From Methanomicrobiales archaeon (GTDB lineage: Archaea > Halobacteriota > Methanomicrobia > Methanomicrobiales > Methanospirillaceae), in contig JBAXJR010000060.1 in the NCBI GenBank assembly GCA_037137755.1, positions 1 to 11,879 of the forward strand: 11,879 bases of DNA, read 5' to 3'. Position 1 is the first letter of the stretch; every line of letters starts with the position of its first letter. This document shows positions 10,559-11,879 of the stretch, one piece after another. The translations under genes were made by a program, and so were the position numbers. The notes under the pieces were generated by a model. It was not told the origin of the DNA and made no database searches. It saw only the letters and a program-made list of their open reading frames with translations.

Positions 10559-10754
10559 AATTTCCAACGCTCCTTTCAACTCATAGACGGCCTTCTATAT
10601 AATTGATACACGTCAAACCAGAAAAATCTGGAAATGTGAATTGGGTTATTGGATACTATCAAAAACTATTGAAAAATTTCCGGATGTAAATCAGGATATC
10701 ATACTCGTGAATGGTCTTGTTCCGGCAATAAAAAATGTATACCCGGTAAAAGTC

Positions 10755-11201
10755 TTATTCCCCTAGTTTCTGGTTTCCTGCTACAAATTTTGAGTTGAAA
10801 GTAAATGCATTAATCTTCCATCCGCCTTCCTGCTGCACAAGGCGGATATCATAGCTGCCTACGAATAATTTCGTGTTCCTGTTAGACCTGTTCGGGAGGT
10901 AGTGGTAGGCAATACCGTAACAGAACACATTTACTTCATTTTCATGAAACCTTACCAGGAAATTACCAACCTGGTGATGTATCGCTTCAAGACACTCAAG
11001 TGCATCCTTCCAGTCCTGGATAATATGGCCACATGACAGTATTTCCGGATTTCCTTCGGTCAGGGTGGTGTTAAAAAGTACCTTTTCAGTAAAACATGAC
11101 CTGACCAAATCCCAGTCCCGGTTATCTATACTGACAAATAATGTTGTAACGGCCTCGATGACCCGTTCTCTTTCCGTACATGGTTGAGGTTCTCCGGTCA
11201 T
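10755..11201 (-). CDS. SnoaL-like / NTF2-family protein
   Basis: 148 aa. IDNRDWDLVRSCFTEKV, HHQVGN and GSYDIRLVQQEGGWKI are typical of the NTF2/SnoaL fold. Confidence 0.85.
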   Translation of the reverse strand: MTGEPQPCTERERVIEAVTTLFVSIDNRDWDLVRSCFTEKVLFNTTLTEGNPEILSCGHIIQDWKDALECLEAIHHQVGNFLVRFHENEVNVFCYGIAYHYLPNRSNRNTKLFVGSYDIRLVQQEGGWKINAFTFNSKFVAGNQKLGE

Positions 11202-11487
11202 AGTATCTTCACTCGTTGTATAAGGAGGTGTAGAGTAAAAAAAGTAGTACTCGATTATGATACCAGCTCGCTATCCGTAGCCATGTAGTCATCCATACAT
11301 TGCCGGGTTGAATACAAAAAATTCCACGTTATACCCACTTGAGTACAGATACATAAAAGTGCATGTAATAAAATCTATCAAAACGATAGAAATAACAAAA
11401 TATCATTCAGATATGACTCTGGTGCATCCACTTCTGATGCAATGATACAGTAATTAATTTTATAAGGCTTACGCTCATTTTGAGCAG

Positions 11488-11519
11488 AATAATAAAATAA
11501 CATCACTTCTTTTCGATGT
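11488..11519 (-). terminator. Putative rRNA operon terminator
   Basis: Directly downstream of 5S on the minus strand: hairpin ACATC-N10-GATGT followed by TATTTTATTATT. Confidence 0.4.
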
Positions 11520-11527
11520 AAGAAGGG

Positions 11528-11650
11528 TAATAGCAGCGAAGTAAAGTTCCCGAGGACTCGCGTACCTCAGTACCGTAGACTACGTGAGTTGGCTTAACTG
11601 CTGGGTTCGGAATGGGTCCAGGTGTTTCCCAACTGCTATGGCCGCTATTA
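11528..11650 (-). rRNA. rrf: 5S rRNA
   Basis: Reverse complement TAATAGCGGCCATAGCAGTTGGGAAACACCTGGACCCATTCCGAACCCAGCAGTTAAGCC...GTACTGAGGTACGCGAGTCCTCGGGAAC...GCTGCTATTA. Conserved CCCATTCCGAAC and complementary termini; ends are accurate to a few nt. Confidence 0.96.
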
Positions 11651-11655
11651 CCCAA

Positions 11656-11727
11656 AGCCAAGGTCCGGATTTGAACCGGAGTGTAGCTGATCTGCAGTCA
11701 GCCGCGTGGCCGCTCCGCCACCTTGGC
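11656..11727 (-). tRNA. tRNA-Cys (GCA)
   Basis: GCCAAGGTGGCGGAGCGGCCACGCGGCTGACTGCAGATCAGCTACACTCCGGTTCAAATCCGGACCTTGGCT. 72 nt, anticodon GCA, G37, U73 discriminator, no CCA and no intron. Confidence 0.97.
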
Positions 11728-11809
11728 AGCCGTGTAAGGCGCCAAATACATATAGTGTGTATTTGAATTATAGGTCTGCACTTCAGGATTTCGTCTGGGT
11801 TTGACGTGG

Positions 11810-11879
11810 TGAGCACTAGTTATTGGACGTTAGTACTTGCGGACTGAACACGTCGTTGCCTTCGTGCGTACATCCCAAG
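11810..11879 (-). rRNA. rrl: 23S rRNA, 3' terminal fragment
   Basis: Minus strand CTTGGGATGTACGCACGAAGGCAACGACGTGTTCAGTCCGCAAGTACTAAC matches the archaeal 23S 3'-end pattern (GCAA-capped helix, TTCAG, ACTAA) and lies upstream of tRNA-Cys and 5S. The 3' boundary is approximate. Confidence 0.88.

Noticed and set aside
11221-11230. Perfect Shine-Dalgarno-like TAAGGAGGTG on the plus strand (anti-SD-like on minus)
   Set aside because: No start codon at suitable spacing and no ORF follows, and there is no other 16S-like sequence around it; treated as chance.
11580-11816. ORFs 11580-11816 (-) and 11584-11766 (+)
   Set aside because: They overlap 5S rRNA and tRNA-Cys and are spurious.

Overview
Archaeal methanogen DNA, most consistent with Methanomicrobiales (Methanospirillum/Methanoregula-like; inferred from gene content and RNA sequences). 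The left end holds the 5' part of a secreted, probable sheath-protein (MspA/SH-like) paralogue on the minus strand, which the ORF track misses because it runs off the edge. It is followed by an AT-rich spacer, a 90-aa ORF converging on tRNA-Val(GAC), and serA. Divergent from serA is a tightly coupled operon: ppsA-mfnA-hpt-dph2-METTL5-like methyltransferase-MFS transporter. Next come two unannotated convergent membrane microproteins, a SnoaL/NTF2-like gene, and the distal end of a minus-strand rRNA operon in the order 23S-tRNA-Cys-5S. The most interesting signals are (i) a sharp codon-usage breakpoint that makes the surface-protein gene look like a variable/constant mosaic, (ii) a decayed reading frame running from the 90-aa ORF into the tRNA-Val antisense strand, as expected for an integration-site remnant, and (iii) tRNA-Cys abutting the 5S terminal helix. 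All family assignments come from motif recognition; no searches were run.
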